Below are positions 1 to 12,016 of a DNA stretch of 64,000 bases, piece by piece. The stretch's first letter is position 1. Every line of letters begins with the position of its first letter. The stretch lies in the NCBI RefSeq assembly GCF_006345805.1, contig NC_042998.1:148490001-148554000 (forward strand), in the 5' to 3' direction. The notes under the pieces are model-generated. The model ran no database searches, was not told where the DNA came from, and saw only the letters and a program-made list of their open reading frames with translations. This stretch comes from Octopus sinensis (lineage: Eukaryota). The position numbers and the translations under genes are program-made.

Positions 1-1159
1 TGCTGGTGATGCTATTTGTAGTGCTGGCTGGAGTAATAGTAACGGTGCTGGCATTGTTGGCAGTGATGGTCATGGTGATGGTGGTGGTAGTATTGATGAA
101 GGGATGATGATGATGATGATGATACGCAGTAACAAAAGTATAAATTATAGTGGTAGTCAATTCAAAATATTCCCTCATAACATTCACTGAATTTCTCTTC
201 ATTATTTCATCTTCCATTCTTCTTTCTATTGAAACTTTCTTTCGTCTGCTTTCTGTTTTCATTAATCTGCTTTTAAAATTTTCCTTTTCGATTTCGTTTG
301 TTTTTTGGTAGAAGTGGAGGACAAGAAACAATTTTTGTGTTCCCTTCATTCAATCCCTTCATTCGAGATCTTATCTTTCATTGTTGCAGTTGTTCATTTC
401 GTCGTTTTTATCCTTACCTATTCATTCTTTACGAACACGTTTCCCTCGTTTTCTTATTTTCCTATCAAATCTTCAACTCTTTCCCCGTTACCTGTTTACC
501 CTTATGTTTCCTTTCAGTCATATAATTTCTTCAACAAAATGAAAGTCGCTAAAGAAAGATAAATGTCATATTAACTGAAATAAATTCACGCGTCTACTTC
601 ACGCATAATTTAAACAGGATTTTGTACTAAACATGGGTAAACGGAGCCAAGACAAAAATTCACGAATTATTCTCGGGAAATAATCAAAGATTGTTATTTG
701 TTCCGAGTACAGCAAGATCTGGGACGATTATTTGCATATTATTCTTAGCACGTCTAAGCAGGTTCGGATACGAAATATGCTAATTGCTGTAGTGTAAGTC
801 ATAGGAGAATAACTTCTGGCGTACGGAATTCTTGGACACCGGTTTCAATATGTCACATCACCTAGAATTATCCGGAACTCCGAGCCTAAACGAAGCTACT
901 GGTTTTGCTTATATTTACAGCGAACAAATTGGTTGTTGACCAATGATTATATCTGCCAACTGATAAAATGTCGTTAATAACACCACGTATCGCGAGATCT
1001 AGAATGATTATTCGCATATTTATTGATGTTAGGAATTACTTTATATTAAATAAAATTAATGAAAATGATGTAAAATATAGTTCTGAGGGTGATAATATTA
1101 ATACGTACGAGATCCAATGGTCCTTCATATAGCACACGACCTCTAAAAGAATTTTTCCA

Positions 1160-1328
1160 GATGGGATGCGGGTAAAGTCGACCTCGGCGGAATTTGAACT
1201 CAAAACGTAAACTCGGGCGAAACACCGCTAAGCATGTTGCCCGGCGTACTAACAATTCTGTCAGCTCGCTGCCTTTGTAATAATGCTAATAATAATAATA
1301 ATAACAACAACAACAACAACACAACAAC

Positions 1329-1422
<94 letters not shown>

Positions 1423-1637
1423 TTGATGATGATGATGATGATTTCAAATTTTTGATCCAAGGGTAGCTTACGGAAGAGGATTAAGTCGATGTTTCATTGA
1501 TACTTAATTTATCGATCCCGAAAGGATGAAAGGTAAAGTCGACCTCAGTGGAATTTGAAATCTGAATGTAGCTTCGGGCGAAATACCGCTAAGCATTCCG
1601 TCCAGCGTGCTAACAATTCTGCCAGCTCGCTGCCTTT

Positions 1638-1692
<55 letters not shown>

Positions 1693-1911
1693 TAATAATA
1701 ATAATAATAATAATAGTGACAATAAGAATAATAATCCTTTCTACTAAAGGCACAATGCCTGAAATTTAGGGGGAGAGTACAAGTCTATTAAATCGAAAGA
1801 ATGAAAGGCAAAGTTGAACTCAGTGGAATTTAAACTCAGAACGTAAAGATGGACGAAATACCGCTAAGCATTTTACCCGGCGTGCTTATTATTCTGCCAG
1901 CTCACCGCCTT
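1160..1911 (-). mobile_element. Three SINE family A copies (1160-1275, 1462-1636, 1733-1911)
   Basis: tRNA-derived head AAGGCGGCGAGCTGGCAGAA...GAGTTCAAATTCC and central CCTTTCATCCTTTCGGGGTCGATAAATTAAGTA (resembles the Meta/Sauria-type domain, from recall). Copies are separated by triplet arrays. Confidence 0.9.
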
Positions 1912-2449
1912 TGTAACAACAACAATAATAATAATTTCTTTTATTAGACACACGGGTTCAAATGAGAGTGACAGTAGCAAGTATGGGTTGTATTAGAACA
2001 GTTAGCTTGAAAAAGAAGTAAACATAAACAACAAAACAAACTCTACGAAGGACTACAAGAATAATCATGGAAATATAGTACTGTTCCCACCGCTGTCATA
2101 AATACCCTTAATAGCAATAACAGTAATAATGAACACAATTGTAAAAGCGGAGGTGGGGTTCCCTCGGGGAAACAGACATAGCAAAACCAACAACAATTAC
2201 AAGATCAACAACTAACAGCAATAACTGCTAAAGTAAAAATATAAAATGCAATAACGTCTGAGGCAATATAAACAAGATAAACAACTGAAGAGAGAGCCTC
2301 TTGATGGTTAGAAATAACAGCCAATGTCACCACCTTAAATTATACTAGGTCGTCTTAAAAATAAAATTAAAAAGGTATTAGATTAAGCGGTCCAGAACAG
2401 ATGTGCCTGAAATATAGAACACGTGGTATAGATAAACAAATATTTTTAT

Positions 2450-2625
2450 TTTCAAACGCAGGATAATGCTTATAATATAGCATGAACAGGATAAACTATC
2501 CATATTTTGCAGAGGAATCTGTCGGTAGCCAGTCATGAGACTCGAACTCACATGTAATTACGCGTCAAGTGCTTTACTGTTAAGCTAAACTGCCCGAACG
2601 ACAAATCATTCTGTAAATTTAGGAC
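2450..2625 (-). mobile_element. Second, inverted partial copy of the tRNA-cored foldback element
   Basis: Reverse complement of ~2780-2940. The tRNA-like segment 2527-2595 retains an anticodon-arm-like region (CGT). Confidence 0.7.
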
Positions 2626-2663
2626 TTATAAATCTAGCTAGGTTTATAAGACTCTATCGCACG

Positions 2664-2975
2664 TTAAATTCAACTTACGTTGAAACTCAACAAAGTTTGC
2701 TTTAGAAGCGTTGTGATGTATTGAAAGATACAGATAAGAAAATGATCTTATTCTCAAACGCAGGATAATGCCAATGATATACCCTAAATTTGCAGAAGAA
2801 TTTATCGTTCTGGCAGTTTAGCTTAATGGTAAAGCACAGGGATGTGAGTTCGAGTCTCATGGCTGATCGCCGACAGATTTTTCTGCAAAGTATGGTTAGT
2901 TTATCCTGTTCGTGCTATATTATTAACATTATCTCAACGTTTTATTTGTTGACTTTCGACGTAAGTTGAATTTAA
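2664..2975 (+). mobile_element. Foldback element with a tRNA-like core
   Basis: 31-bp TIRs (29/31 identical, TTAA at both outer ends), nested inverted arms, and central A-box (TAGCTTAATGGTAAAGC) and B-box (GAGTTCGAGTC) sequences at 2812-2866. Confidence 0.7.
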
Positions 2976-3861
2976 TATGGAAGAGGTGGTTTGAGTCGTA
3001 GGTTTGCTCACTTAGAAATCATCTCGGTTACACAACATCAACAAAAAAAAGATCTGGCAATGACAACCTTTTTTCGAGGAGCAAGCCGCCTGAAATATGG
3101 TTCATCATTTCTCTCAAATCACATAATACTGAATTAAAAATTCGGCCCTCGACCCTGAATGTGATATATCTGATTAAAAGGGCGAAGTGATCCCAGTTGT
3201 AACATCATTGAGCTTTGCTCTGCTCAGTTAAGGATGACCTAGGGCTAAATAGCGACATCAACAACTACATAGCAGTACAGTATTAGGAGCATCAGCTGCA
3301 ATATCATGACGTTGTGAGTGGATGTTTGACGTGCGAGAAATAGCAATCGATTCTTACTCCAATCACACACTGCCATCTTAAAAAGAAACACACATGTAAT
3401 TCTTGTTACATTCCATATCAAAAACAACAGGACTCTTACATCTGGATTTTCTTTGCGTATTAGTCAGCTCTATCAGGATTGATATAGGAAAACAGTTGGA
3501 AAAGCAAGAACAACAATAATCTAGTCTTAAACTTCTGATTGTCACGGCAGGAATACATTTTAATACAGGCCTGTCCTATCGGGACTGGCCTGAAGCTAAA
3601 CAACAGCAGCTGCAACAACAGTAGCAGGTTTTCTTAAAACATCATCCCCCCATGAAATTATAGGGGCTAAATTGACCTCAGTTATGACTGGTACATGTAT
3701 TATCAACACTGAAGACGCGAAAGGCAAATTCTACCCCTATCGGGATCTGAACTCTCAGCCTAGTGAGACGGAAGTTGACGCTTCCGTTTCTCAAAAAGCA
3801 ACGTATTCACAATAGAAACAATAACGGTTTTATTGTTTTTAACCACAACGCAAACAATTAT

Positions 3862-4577
3862 GAGGAGAGTGAAATAGTCACTTGCATCGACCCCAGTACG
3901 TAACTGGTACTTTATTTTATCGACCTCGAAAGGATGAAAGGCAATGTCCATCACGGCAGAATTTGGACTCACTACACAAAAAGTAGGAAGACATGTCGCT
4001 GAGCATTTTGTCCGAATCTCTAACGATTCTGCCAGCTTACTGCGTTAACAACAACAAGCGTTTCACATTTTGGAACAAGGCTAGTAATTTCGGGGTAAAG
4101 ACTAAGTCGATTACGTCAACCCGAGTGCTCATCTGGTACTTAGTTAATCGGCCAAGAAAGGATGAAAGGCAAAATCGACCTCGGCGGAACTTGAACTGAC
4201 AGCGTAAAGACGGGTGAAATGCCGCTGAGCATTTTCCTCGGCGTGGTAACAAATGAGCCAGCTCGTCTCCGTGAAGATGATAATGATGATGACGATGATG
4301 ATAGTAATGATGGCGATAATGACGAAGACAACAACAACAACAATAATATTAATAATAATAATAATCCTTTCTACTAAAGGCACATGGCCTGTAAATTGGG
4401 AGGGAGGAGACTGGCCGATTACATCGACCCCAATACCTAACTGGTACTTAATTTATCGACCCCGAAAGGATGAAAGGCAAAGTCGACCTCGGCGAAATTT
4501 GAACTCAAACCATAAAGACAGACGAAGTACCGCTAAGCATTCAGCTCGGCGTGCTAACGATTTTGTCACTTCGTCTC
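3862..4577 (-). mobile_element. Three SINE family A copies (3862-4040, 4065-4268, 4363-4577)
   Basis: Same head and central domain; the last copy has tail ...CCTTTAGTAGAAAGG(ATT)n. Confidence 0.88.
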
Positions 4578-4611
4578 TTTGATGATGATGATGCTGATGA
4601 TGATGATGATG

Positions 4612-4688
<77 letters not shown>

Positions 4689-5130
4689 GCAACGGCAATA
4701 TTAGAAGCAGCAGCAACAGCAACAACATCATTAACCTCATCCAATATATACAGAACAAAAGAAGCACTAACGAAAACTCCAAGAAAAACAATAAAACAAA
4801 TAAACGAGTAACAACAAAGACAGCAGCGGCATCAGCAGCAGCATCGCCACCAATAACAACAACCGCAAGCAATGACTACAACTACAAGAACGACAGCAAA
4901 AACAACAGCTCCATCAGCTGCTCAAAAACAAAACTAGACAACATTTCCTGCAAAGGCTGTCCCACCACAAACACAGCCGCCACCACCATCACCACCGCCA
5001 CTGGCAACAAGAACAGTAACAACAAAAATAAGAGTAGTAAGAACAATAAAAAACAACAACAACAGCAGCAGCAGCAGCAGCAACAAAAACAACAACAAAA
5101 ACGCCATCGATAAGAACAACAGGATATTAG
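4275..5130. repeat. Compound trinucleotide arrays (GAT/AAT/AAC/CAG), interrupted by a SINE
   Basis: Directly visible. Confidence 0.95.
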
Positions 5131-5548
5131 AAGCAAAATAAGTAGATTGGTGAAATAATACTTCTTTGGAACAAGGTAATGCAAGAACTACTGCGGACAA
5201 AAACAATGTGTGTGTGGTGTGAGTGTGTGTATATACATATATATATATATATATACATACACACATATATATATATGTACATATAACACACATATATATA
5301 TATATATGTGTGTGTATATGTATACTTGTATGCATATATATAATGTATATATATACACATACTGCGACTATGTGTATATATATATATATTTATATATGAG
5401 ATTATAAAAACATTACGCTCATATATACATGCACGCTTCTCCCTTACTCCAAGAGCGTAAAGACAGGAACAGACGTACGAAAAAAACTAAGCGAACAATA
5501 CAAAACAAACCTATACATACGAACATATCATAGATATACACACACGTG

Positions 5549-5582
<34 letters not shown>

Positions 5583-5690
5583 ATATGCACACAGATACAT
5601 ACATATATATATGTATGCATGGGTGTATGTATAATATATATGTATATATACACTCACACTCATACAATAATGTTGCTATGTATGCGCGTA

Positions 5691-5737
<47 letters not shown>

Positions 5738-6215
5738 GTGTATATATTTAGTAATATAGCTTCTTTTATTTTCCAGTGTACGTATGTGGTTGTGTGTGAG
5801 TGAATAAACTTACACAAACATACACTTCACTAGGAAACATCTAGAATATATCCAAGAAAAAAAAAAGACGGCAAAAACGTAACAAAATGATGCATAGCGG
5901 GAAAGAAATTCGTGATATCCGCTAAAAAAATCAAACAATAAATTTTGTGATTCGTTGGAAACATAGCCGACAGGAATAAAATTATATTTCTTTCGTATTG
6001 GCATAAGACAAATTTATCAAAGCGTGATTTGGGGTATAATAATCACAGAACTCTCCAACATATTACTGGTTGGTTCTTTATAAAATTCCTTCGTTCCTTA
6101 GGACTTCAAATCCTGATTGTGTACCGTGGGGACAGACGGCGTGTCTTGTGGGTATTTTCAGCCTGGAGGGGCCACAACTGAATATTGCTGATTTCTTCCA
6201 GAGAGGAAAACGCCT

Positions 6216-6802
6216 TGGTACTTTATTAAACTTCGAAAGACGAAAAGCAAGATGGACCTCGGCGGGGTTTGAATACAGTGTACAGAGAACTGGGAGTATT
6301 ACTGCAATGTATTTAAGCCAGCTCGCTTCCTTCGGATTATTAATCACACATCTAGGGCGCGAGCAGACAAAATCGTTAGCACGCTGGACAAAATGCTTAG
6401 AGGCATCTCCTTCGTCTTTCTGAGATCAAATCATGCCGAGATAGACTTTGCTTTCCATTCTTTCGGGGTCGATAAAGTAAGTACTAATCGTGCACTGGAT
6501 GTTATCAATTTCCCCACTCCCATGAAATTGTTGTCCTTGCGCCAAAATTTGAAACCGTTTATAATCACATATCTAAGGCGGTGAGCTGGCAGAATTGTTT
6601 TAGCGCATGGAACAAAATATTAAACGATATTTCTTCCGACTCTTAAGGTTCTGAGTTAAAATTTCCCTGAAGCCATATTTGCCTTTTTATCCTTTAGGGG
6701 GTCGACAAAATAAGCATCCATTAAACACTGGAGTCGATATGATCGTCTTGGACTCGCGCTTAAAATTACTGGACTTGTCCCCCAAAATTTGGAGCCATTA
6801 TT
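6216..6802. mobile_element. SINE family A copies: 6216-6333 (-), 6354-6557 (+), 6575-6802 (+)
   Basis: Diverged head and central-domain matches. Confidence 0.8.
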
Positions 6803-7084
6803 AATCTCGTATCCAGAACTGAAGTTAATGGTCTCCTCTAAATCATATCTTTATTAACAACATTAGTAGCAATACCAACGTTAAATCATCTAACGTATTT
6901 AGAAACATTTAATAACTGGTATTTGTTCTAACGTTCACATAAGTACAGAACTCAAACTTAATTCCGGCGGATAACAACTGAAGGACAGACGGTCGTGAAG
7001 TAATACTTTTTCTACCGATCTTGTAAATTCTTTCAGTTTTACTCATGACGTTCGTAGACAATGGAATCGATCACAATTTACTAC

Positions 7085-7134
7085 CGAAATCGACACCGGT
7101 TGAAATTGACACCGGTTGAAATTGACACCGATTG
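7085..7134. repeat. 16-bp minisatellite (GAAATTGACACCGGTT) x3
   Basis: Directly visible; no spacers between units. Confidence 0.85.
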
Positions 7135-7549
7135 GAAGTGAATATATAAGAACCAGTTATTGAACACGACACAGAAAGACATTTGATATAAAGTTTCTCA
7201 ATTGCAACCATTTTTCTCTCAATAGTAAAAAAAATATCGTTATTTCATTTCGAAAGGCGCAGCACTATTTTCTTTCTGTACAGAGAGATTGTGTTTAATT
7301 TATTGTGACACCCTGCAGTCGTTGGAGACTATAGTGTCACCAACCTGTGTTCAGAGTAGGGCGGTGCTTGAGATTTTGTCCAAGGAAGGGGAGTTCTTAG
7401 TTCACTGTGGCGTTCTTTGTTGTTCAATAATAGAATAAAATGGTACCATTGTTAGGGCAGAAGATTTATTCCACAGCGATGCTGGCTTTGGAATTCTCTC
7501 TACAGCAATCAATTCTTCTACAAATAACATCCTGATATCTTAAAACAAG

Positions 7550-7760
7550 TGTTCTAGTCGTTAGGGTACTGCACTCACGATCGCAAGAACGTGGTTTCGT
7601 TTCCCGGATCAGGCAGTGCGTTGTGTTTTTGAAAGAAAAATACAAAGCTCCAGTCCACTTATCAGTATATAAGTAAACCTGCAACGGACTAGCGTCCTTT
7701 CTAGAGGGAATATTGCGATCTTAGTCACTTATACGCTATGGAAACCGGATATCTGTTGTT
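7550..7760 (+). mobile_element. SINE family C copy (diverged)
   Basis: Matches the head and CTCCAGTCCAC segment of 51690-51979. Confidence 0.7.
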
Positions 7761-8036
7761 AGGATTCCTAGGTCTCCAAACAGTACTTATTTTATCTTAA
7801 ATCAACAATGCAAGGACACATTGGATAATGTATTCCTAAATACACCAACTCTAAAAGAGCAACGATAGAATCTTGGATGCAACGTGTTTTGATCGTTGGG
7901 GATCTGCGGTATCAGGAACAATCTAGGGTTCAACAAGTAGTTCAATAATTACAACAACATCTATATTTAGGTGTATATGTAAGCAGTGCAAGTTTCAATT
8001 CCAAAGTCCTTGTCTCTGTGGGTGGTGGTGGTGAAA

Positions 8037-8110
8037 CTCTGCAACCCAAACCCTGCAGCCCTAGCCCTGCAGCCCTAGCCCTGCAGCCCTGGCCCTGCAA
8101 CCCTAGTCCT
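8037..8110. repeat. 14-bp minisatellite (CCCTGCAGCCCTAG), about 5 units
   Basis: Directly visible tandem units. Confidence 0.85.
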
Positions 8111-8868
8111 GAAGCTCTATGATCAAAAGTATTCCAGCCATGACCATGCCCTCTTCTTATGCGTAGGGAATTCATACGGCATTATCCAGTATGTCCTCTT
8201 TTAAGACGCCAAGCTATGATTAGAGGGAGATTTAGCTGTTATTTCTTCCTAGTCAAAAGACGATGTAGAAGCTCCCTCAAAAATTTTTTATATCTACTTT
8301 ATAATTCGATAAATTTAATCCCTGTTTAAGTTGACTCTTTCTTATATTATTACCCGTTTTAATTTTTTTTTGTTTAGTTTGAAACGATATGGTTAAGTCT
8401 ATTAAAGTTTCAAGTCATGATGTGCCTCGTCATTAGAATGAATTATTGCCTATGGCGTGTTGGTACCTCGTCTTCTAGTAAGCCGGAAAAGCTATTGGAA
8501 TATTGTTGTAACAGATAAAGTCATCACCAAATTTAAGATGTAAGTCCAAAACTTGTTAACGTTCATTATCTAATAATTACTATGACTGTATGTATTAGTA
8601 CTTAGTTCGTACTTTGCTGTTAATAAAGATTATTTCGTTAATATTCTAGTTTAATTTTGCACAACTGTATGTAGAATGGTAATGTTTTCAAAGAATGTTT
8701 ATTTTGCTGATTATATTTAATCCAGGTATTGTATTAAAGTGAGTGCATAACGTCTCGTTCTGGTAAACATCATGGCTGCAACTAATACAACACACACAGA
8801 CACACACACACAAACACACACGCACGCACGCATACGCGCACGCGCACACACAAACATACAGACACACA

Positions 8869-10374
8869 CACACTGCTTGACAAAATCTTAAGACCTGTGA
8901 AAAAACTGCCGAGATGAACTCCTTGCAGACCAATATATTCGACTATTTTTCATTATAGATTCGTAAGTTGCAAATAGAATAAAATGTACGAAAACATACA
9001 GAAATGTCTAACATTTAATACTCAAAATATGCATTGTATGAAAACTAACAATATTTTGCCTGGTCAAAAGTTTAAGACTATGACAAATAACAAACAAAAA
9101 CAATGAATAGGTAGTAAACAAGTGGGCTCAACAGTTACTACCTCTATCAATTGTCCTGAATACTACGCCACGATTTGAAGACAAGCCTGGCGAAGAGCAT
9201 CTACAGTCTCGTTTTGCGTTCCATTTTTGTAAACGTCTCTTGCCATCCATCCCCAAAGAATTTCGATGGGATTTAGGTAAGGAAAACATGGAGGATGATT
9301 CAAAAGATGAACGTTATTTGTCCTGAAGAAATCCTTTGGCCTGCGAGCATTATGGATTGTAGCATTATCCTATTGATAAATCCAGTCTTTTCCACGCAAA
9401 CGAGGGACCTCAATCAAGAGTGATTCCCGTTCCAACATGTCAACATAGCTAGCTCCTGTTTGATGCCCCTGCACAACCTAAAGTTCCATAGTTCCTCTGT
9501 ATGAGAAAGCATCCCACACCATGATAAAGCTTCCACTACTGTCCCTCCTTGAAAAGGTTTCCGGTAAAATATATTTTGCATGACCATATCGTTGGAAACC
9601 ATCAGGACTATCAAAATGAATTTCTTCTCATGTGAGAATAAAACTTTCTAGTTGTTAACGTCCCAGGTCTGGTCGATTTTTTCGATCCATATGCGTCAAG
9701 GTCTTTTAAGAAGTTTGCAATAGCAGTTTTACTGCGAACAAATGGTACGTTGAGAAAGACCTTGCTTCTGGAGCTCTACAATTCTATCACATTCAAATTC
9801 CGTCAATATTTTAGCATTGCCCATTGTTGCTGCTGTGAAATAGGGAGTGACCAGCACTTGTTGGAACAAAGATGGCTTGAAAATAAATGCCAGAATTTTT
9901 ATAGTTTACACCAGATTTAAACTTATAATTCGTCATGGTCATAAACTTTTGACCAAGCAAAATATCCTTTTCAACTCTAGGCACAAGGCCCGCAGTTTTG
10001 GGGGAGGGGACAAATCGATTAGATCGAACAAGTACGCAAGTGGTACTTAATTTATCGACCTCGAAAGTATGAAAAGCAAAGTCAATCTCGGCAGAATTTG
10101 AATTCAGAACGTAAAAACAGACGAAATACCGCTAGGCATTTCAGCCGGAATGCTAATGTTTCTGCCAGCTCACCACCTTTGACCAAGCAAAATATTGTTC
10201 GTTTTCATAGAATGCATGTTTTCTACATTAAATGTTTAAAATTTCTTTAGGTTTTCGTATATCCTTTTTTATTTGCCTATGATGAATCACTAATGAAAAA
10301 TAGTCGAATACATCGGTCTGCAAGGGGTACATTTCGACAACTTTTTTCACTGGTCTTAAAATTTTATCCAACGG

Positions 10375-10378
<4 letters not shown>
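8869..10378 (-). mobile_element. Tc3-like (IS630-Tc1-mariner) DNA transposon remnant with long TIRs
   Basis: TIRs of about 230 bp (8869-~9105 versus ~9930-10378, the latter interrupted by a SINE); TA follows the right end. Transposase remnants FSHEKKF/FDSPDGFQRY, DNATIH and PCFPYLNPIEILWG match the Tc3 DDE motifs. Confidence 0.85.
9966..10177 (-). mobile_element. SINE family A copy with an 18-bp TSD inside the Tc3-like TIR
   Basis: TTTGACCAAGCAAAATAT occurs at 9948-9965 and again at 10178-10195. Confidence 0.92.
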
Positions 10379-10419
<41 letters not shown>

Positions 10420-10877
10420 TCAAGAAATGGAGATCTAAAAAGTTAGAATGCCCCGGTCCCCCCTCTCTCTCACATCTACGTCGCTCCACTTTCTTCCTTT
10501 TCCTCATCTACTCTTCTTTTGCTCTCAAACTTCATGTCCGAAAATTCTGTCATGTCGAGACTACAATTGTTTACACGTATCGAATATAATGAATTGTACA
10601 CTACTATTTCAACAACATAGCTTACAGATTCATACATACTTACATTTATGCAAACACGCATGCATACAAACATACATACACACATACATTCATACATATA
10701 CGCATATATATATATGCATGTGTGTATGTATGTATATATATATATATATATGTATACACACACATATATATATATATGTATATATATATATACATACATA
10801 TGCATAAAATATATATATACATGGATACCTACATACAAAAACACACATATGTATACATATACATATATATATCACAC

Positions 10878-10915
<38 letters not shown>

Positions 10916-11292
10916 TATATATATATAATAATATATATATATATAAACATAAATAACAATGTCAAGAAGAAAATGAATATCACACACAGAAAAACAAAAA
11001 CAAAAAGTATTCAAGTGACCAACTCAGTTTTTCTCATCATTAGATATTAGGTTAGTAAGAAATATTAACTAGATTTCGATGAGACCGACGAGGTGGAGAA
11101 GGGGTGTTGTAAGATAGCACGGCATGCAGACAGACACTTAGTCAGACACACAGGCGTTCAGACACTGATTTATAAACATATAATTATGTCATTATCGCCA
11201 TCATTACTATCATCATCGTCATCATCATTATCATCTTCACGGTTACTGTGAAAATCTATATATCCAGCCTGTAGAGGAAGTCCCTCAACGAA

Positions 11293-11361
11293 GAGCGGTG
11301 CTTACCGTACGTTGACAAGAGGCAATAACCTCGAAACCGGTCCGTATGTAGTATCCGTATC
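11293..11361 (+). ncRNA. Type I hammerhead ribozyme, copy 1 (U3-A8 core)
   Basis: CGTACG-TTGACAA-GAGG-caataa-CCTC-GAAA-CCGG-TC^CGTATG: stem I, core, stem II, GAAA, palindromic stem III. Predicted cleavage after 11342. Confidence 0.72.
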
Positions 11362-11650
11362 TTCGGGGAGGATGATCTCCCTTTGCAGGCTGGCAAGGAC
11401 ACCGAGATGGTGTCAGCTCTTCTGGTGACGTTGATGTTCGCCTGGGGCTAAATGCATCAGTAACACCCCCGCCACCCCGCCCTGATCCTAGCCATATTCA
11501 GATGGCTGATCCCCCTTATGTTATAGAGCAGTTACTGTTTATATCTCGCTCAGAGATTTATTATTGTTTTCGAACGGATTTTCTACGCCAGTAACTGTGG
11601 TTACTGTGAAAATCTATATATCCAGCCTGTAGAGGAAGTCCCTCAACGAA

Positions 11651-11719
11651 GAGCGGTGCTTACCATACGTTGACAAGAGGCAATAACCTCGAAACCGGTC
11701 CGTATGTAGTATCCGTATC
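11651..11719 (+). ncRNA. Type I hammerhead ribozyme, copy 2 (U3-A8 core)
   Basis: CATACG-TTGACAA-GAGG-caataa-CCTC-GAAA-CCGG-TC^CGTATG. CATACG/CGTATG pair perfectly and stem I extends with bulges (CGG-TGC-T-TAC-C-ATACG / CGTAT-GTA-GTA-T-CCG). Predicted cleavage after 11700. Confidence 0.78.
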
Positions 11720-11974
11720 TTCGGGGAGGATGATCTCCCTTTGCAGGCTGGCAAGGACACCGAGATGGTGTCAGCTCTTCTGGTGACGTTGATGTTCGCC
11801 TGGAGCTAAATGCATCAGTAACATCCCCACCACCCCGCCGTGACCCTAGCCACATTCAGATGGCTGATCCCCCTTATGTTATAGAGCAGTTACTGTTTAT
11901 ATCTCGCTCAGAGATTTATTATTGTATATGAATATATATATATATAATGAATATATATATATATATATATAATA

Positions 11975-12011
<37 letters not shown>

Positions 12012-12016
<5 letters not shown>

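Larger units (their letters stand above)
11241..11925 (+). mobile_element. 358-bp tandem repeat (about 1.9 units) carrying hammerhead ribozymes; retrozyme-like
   Basis: Unit 1 starts GGTTACTGTG at 11241 and unit 2 at 11599 (period 358). I count about 7 substitutions over the shared ~327 bp. Each unit has one hammerhead fold and several further hairpins. Confidence 0.8.

Noticed and set aside
2527-2595. Functional tRNA-Thr(CGT) gene
   Set aside because: The anticodon stem pairs poorly, the acceptor stem is mismatched, and the sister copy lacks the arm; treated as a tRNA-derived repeat.
7085-7134. Short direct repeats as a CRISPR-like array (also 8037-8110, 53917-53965)
   Set aside because: Contiguous tandem units without unique spacers, in a eukaryotic context.
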